Assembly: GCF_009914755.1 (NCBI RefSeq)
Contig: NC_060935.1
Source of the DNA: the human T2T-CHM13v2.0 reference genome, Homo sapiens
Strand: one strand, 5' to 3'
Length of the DNA stretch: 64,000 nt
Made by a program: the position numbers and the translations under genes. Below are positions 59,831 to 64,000 of the stretch, one piece after another. Every line of letters starts with the position of its first letter. The stretch's first letter is position 1. Under the pieces are notes generated by a model. The model saw only the letters and a list, made by a program, of their open reading frames with translations. It did not search any database and had not been told where the DNA came from.

Positions 59831-60527
59831 GTCTTGTTCAATTCTCTCCATTTTCATAGATGGTGAAATAGATTCAGAGAAGCAAAGTGAATTCACTAAG
59901 GAACTTAGTGACAGCTGACTCAGTTTAGTCTTTACATCTCCTACGATCTCTTCATTTTCTTTCACTTTTATCAATAACTAGTTTGAAAAGACATTACATT
60001 CAATATGTGTAGCATAAATGCATTCATCTGTAAAATAACACCTTTTTTGTTTCCCTTATCAAGGCTGGCAGGGAAGCTCGGTATGCGCAGATTGAGCACA
60101 CATGTTGTAGCTGACCCATTTGCTGCTGTAATTGAAAGTTCACACAGAGAGCAGAAATGTGGAGGAAATGCAAGTTACCTGTTCAACCGCCTGGCTTCTC
60201 ACCCTCACCGTAACAGAACACTTATAAAATGGGTGAGAATTTCGGGTCAGTATGAGTTAAAAGAAGAGTCTAAAATCAAAGGAAAAGTTTAAGAACAGAA
60301 ATCCAGGTGTTTCTACATTTCTCTTTCATTTGAGAAGTTGTAACATATTAATGAAGACACTTGGTTTGCATTTTTAGTGCTGTGCCGGAAGCTGACATAT
60401 CTCCCTCCATACCCAGAGTAAAATAGTTAGCTTTTGGGAGACCCCCTCCACTCTGCCTTCTTCTTTCCCTTGAATATAACGTTCTCAAAGGACAGCCATA
60501 AACAACAGAAAAACTGAAGCCACTCAC

Positions 60528-60534
60528 CAGCCAT
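60528..60534 (-). CDS. CASP12: CASP12 coding exon 1 (ATG GCT G)
   Basis: Minus strand GAAGCC-ATG-G gives a strong Kozak context and is followed by donor CTG|GTGAGT. A 7-nt first coding exon is typical of inflammatory caspases. Confidence 0.93.
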
Positions 60535-60950
60535 GGCTTCTCCTGCTCCCCGGACAGGAAAAAGCTGTGAAAGCAAAAACAATTTCAACAGGCTTGCTCT
60601 CCTCTCAGTGGACCAGCTTGTTGATATTACCCTGAATGGAAAATTCCCAGTCCTCAAATTCTCTTTTTCTTTGCCAAGATAAAATTAGACTCTGATCTCG
60701 TGTATAACTGCTTTCCTTTGGAAAATAGGAAGCAGAAGGTGTTTTCTTCTTTTTGACATAACAAAGTGAACAGAATGAAATCATGTACACTTGCATGAGA
60801 ACCCGTCTCTGTGTTCTGTTTTCCTGTCTATTTTTAACACTGTTAATAAATTAAGTTAAATCTCTGTTTGTCTGTCTGATGCCATCAGCCTCTAAATGGT
60901 CAGGAGTCTTTACTTCACTGATACTTACTCAACCCCGGAAGTGTGATTTT
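60535..60950 (-). promoter_or_regulatory. CASP12 5' UTR and proximal promoter with kB-like, IRF-like and ETS motifs
   Basis: Repeat-free region upstream of the ATG. GGAAAATTCCC at 60638-60648, GAAAGCAAAAAC near 60569-60580, CCGGAAGT at 60935-60942. Confidence 0.5.
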
Positions 60951-61309
60951 GGAAGTTAAGGGAAAGAGGCTAACTGAAGACTGCCAAATGGTGATACTCC
61001 CTTCACTATTTGAGAAACTCACATAAGTGATCTCTTTTCTTCTCTTTCCTGATCCACTCATTTTTAAATTGGGATGTTGTTTTTCCACAAGATCAATGTA
61101 TTTTTGGTCATTAAATGAACAAGAGGCTCTTTCACTTATTTTTGAAACAGATATATGTGTGCCATTAAAATCAAACAACAGAAAAGTTTATAAAATGGAA
61201 AAATGTAGATTATTTAATTTCACATGGCAAGGTAATCACAACGATACGTTTAGCTTGTATCTGTGTGTAATATTTTAAATAATTTTACAAAACACTTAAT
61301 GCAATACTG

Positions 61310-61790
61310 ATCTTATCCATGGCTCTAATCAATGGCCTCCTAGCATTTTTTGGCCTTTACTTTATTCTGAACTGGCCTTATAGGTTGGTTTTGGCCAGCA
61401 TGATGGAGCAGAGGGATCTGAAGGAGTTTCCAGTCTGAGTTTTACAAATCCTTGTGCCCTTCTTCCTCTTGAACACCTGAAGCTAAATGAGGATAAGCCT
61501 GGGCTAGATTGCTAGCTGAATAGAGACCTCATGTGGAGAAGAGCCCAGTCATCCCAGCCAAGGCCAACCTAGGCCAGCCTCCAGCCAAGTGTTTTCCCAA
61601 CCTATGGGGTATCCCAGCCTTGTCAGCAGAGATGCCTACCCTACACACAGATGATCTCAGACACAATCCTAGCAGTGACAAAAAGAAACATTCAGCTGAC
61701 TGGCCACCTTGTAATAATAATAAATGCTTCTTGTGTGAAGCCACTGTATTTTGGGGTGTTTTGATACTCAACAATAGATAACTAACAGAC
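61310..61790 (+). mobile_element. MLT1-type MaLR LTR
   Basis: 3' end aataaatgcttcttgtgtgaagccactgtattttggggtg...caatagataactaaca. Confidence 0.7.
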
Positions 61791-62419
61791 ACATAATTAC
61801 CTACAGATTGTTTTTTTCTATAGTGGCAGTATCTTAAAATTATATTATTGATAATTTGCTTTATTTAACTTCACAATGTGTGACAAACATTTTAAAAAAT
61901 CAACACATGAAACACTATCTGATTTTTGATGGCTGTATACTATTTAAAATGTGGATAGATTACAATTTTTAAAAGTTTTGTCAGTAGTACAGAAAACACT
62001 ACAATAAAAATCAGATTTTTATGCTTTTCATCTTTGGTCCCACAAACTAGGTGTAATTTCTCTGTTATTTGCTTTATTTTTTGCTGACAATCTTTGGAAC
62101 ACCCAATGATGCCTGTTTTATCTATTTCATGATACAAAAATTACAAACAATGCTATTAACTGTCTCATATGAAAAATGAGATGTAGCTCATTCACACTGC
62201 GAATTCTCTCTCCTATTCTATCTTATATTTGATAATAGTGTGATTTCCAATTATTTCCTTGATTCATTTTGAAATAATAATATACCTAACTCTCACTTCT
62301 TCTTTCATCAATTTTGCATAGTAGCTTAATTCTCCTCTGTGTAAGTTGATCAGAGTTTCCTGGGTGCAATTTACTCCATCTCTTCTCACCTCCAATTAAC
62401 ACCATTTTTTCCCAATTTC

Positions 62420-63468
62420 CTATTGTGGTAAAAATACATACCCCCGGCCAGGCACAGTGGCTCACGCCTGTAATCCCAGCACTTTGGGAGACCAAGGTGG
62501 GCAGATCACGAGGTCAGGAGATGGAGACCATCCTGGCTAACACGGTGAAAACCCGTCTCTACTAAAAATACAAAAAGATTAGCTGGGTGTAGTGGCAGGT
62601 GCCTGTAGTCCCAGCTTATCGGGAGGCTGAGGCAGGAGAATGGCTTGAACCTGGGAGGCAGAGCTTGCAGTGAGATTGGGCCACTGTACTCCAGCCTGGG
62701 TGACAGAGGGAGACTCTGTCTCAAAAAAAAAAAAAAAAACCCAAAACAAAAACATACCCCCAAATTGACCATCTTAACATTTTTACATGTGGTGTTTGGT
62801 GATAATAAATACATTCATAATGTCATAACAGTCACCCCAATCTACCTCCAGAATTCTTCTTTATCTTGTAAAACTGAGATTCTAGATCATTAAATAGTAA
62901 CTCCCCATTTCCTCCTACCCACTGTCCCTGACCATCACCATTCTACTTTCTGTCTTTATGAATTTGAGACCCTAGGTACCTCATATGTAAGTGAAATCAT
63001 ACAGTGTTGGTTTTTCTGTTGCTGCCTTATTTCACATAGCCTAATGTTCTGAAGGTTCATTCATATTGTAACAAATGTCAGAACTTTGTTTTTAAGGCTA
63101 AAATTCCATTATGAGTGTATACCACATTTTGTTTATCCATTTATCATTTATTGGTTAGTTGTGTGGCCTCCACATTTTAGATATTGTGAACAATGCTTCT
63201 ATGAATGTGGGTGTATAAATAAATCTTTGAGACCCTGCATTCAATTATTTTAGGGACGTACCCATAGATGGAATTTCTGGATCATATGGTAACTCCACTT
63301 CTAATTTGTGCAGAACTTTCATGCAGCTTTCCTCAGTAGCTGTACCAATTGAAATTCTCAACGACAGATCACAGGGTTCTAATTATTCTACATCCCTGCA
63401 AACACTTGTTATTTTCTGTTTGTTTGTTTGTTTGTTTTGATGGGAATCATTCTAATGGGTATGAGGCA
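62420..63468 (-). mobile_element. L1MB-type 3' end interrupted by the AluY
   Basis: tattgtggtaaaa...aaattgaccatcttaacattttta...taggtacctcatatgtaagtgaaatcatacagt. Confidence 0.85.
62446..62751 (+). mobile_element. AluY with TSD acataccccc
   Basis: gaccatcctggctaacacggtgaaa; TSD at 62436-62445 and 62752-62761. Confidence 0.93.
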
Positions 63469-63659
63469 CACTATGTCACTATAGTTTTCGGCATCATCTT
63501 CTTTCATCCTATTGTTGGGGCTAAGACACAGTCAGTTTTCTTCATCAGATATTACATGAGGTATAAAGATCAAAAATCCAGTTAGCTTCTTCCACTTCAT
63601 TTAGACTCACCCACCATTTTCAGTGAAATTATATTCTCTATTAAAAAAAGAAAAAGACA

Positions 63660-63770
63660 CAGTTCATTTGTCTTCACCTTTATTGAAATACAAAATGTTA
63701 AGCATTCAATCTGTACTAGTAAAGGTGTTTCTTGAAGTTGATAAAGGAGGGCTGGGCTGCTTGTGGTTTC
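63660..63770 (-). pseudogene. CASP4LP: Terminal 3'UTR exon of an upstream CASP4-like gene, most likely the caspase-4-like pseudogene; the rest lies beyond the window
   Basis: Acceptor TTCTTTCTCTCCCCAGCAG| followed by GAAACCACAAGCAGCCCAGCCCTCCTTTATCAACTTCAAG...TTTGTATTTCAATAAAGGTGAAGAC. This resembles, but is not identical to, the CASP4/CASP5 last exon as recalled. AATAAA at 63679-63684. Confidence 0.75.
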
Positions 63771-64000
63771 CTGCTGGGGAGAGAAAGAACAGAAGGTCAA
63801 GATGGTTACCCCTTGCTGCCTTCATCCCATCCCTCATCATGATTCTTCTTCCATCCTCTTCCATTTGCTCTTGACACTTCCCTTGACTTCCATCTGTGAT
63901 CTGTTAATCTTTTCACTGAAATGTGATCTTTGTAAAACCTAAAACCTAAGTAAAATTATGTTACTTCTCTTTTCTAAAGCACTAGAAAGGCTTCTTGTCT

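Overview
Human genomic DNA (AT-rich, dense in L1, Alu, L2, MIR, LTR and DNA-transposon fragments) from the edge of the inflammatory caspase cluster; 11q22.3 is inferred from gene identity. The right quarter holds the complete CASP12 gene on the minus strand. Seven coding exons reconstructed from GT-AG sites total 1026 nt (341 codons plus stop), followed by a non-coding terminal exon. This haplotype carries the null TGA at codon 125, an SHG>SHS change in the catalytic-His box, and a 1-nt frameshift that is bypassed by skipping an otherwise intact 95-nt ancestral exon. The last exon and poly(A) signal of an upstream CASP4-like gene or pseudogene lie about 3 kb before the CASP12 start. The left 47 kb is intergenic. 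Its most unexpected feature is an orphan ~230-bp fragment of an axonemal dynein heavy chain gene (DNAH2-like: one exon, a 71-nt intron and the start of the next exon) at 35401-35628. Several structurally odd retro-insertions are also present. Repeat subfamily names and the DNAH2/CASP4 identifications come from recalled sequences, not from a search, and repeat boundaries are approximate unless a TSD is cited.
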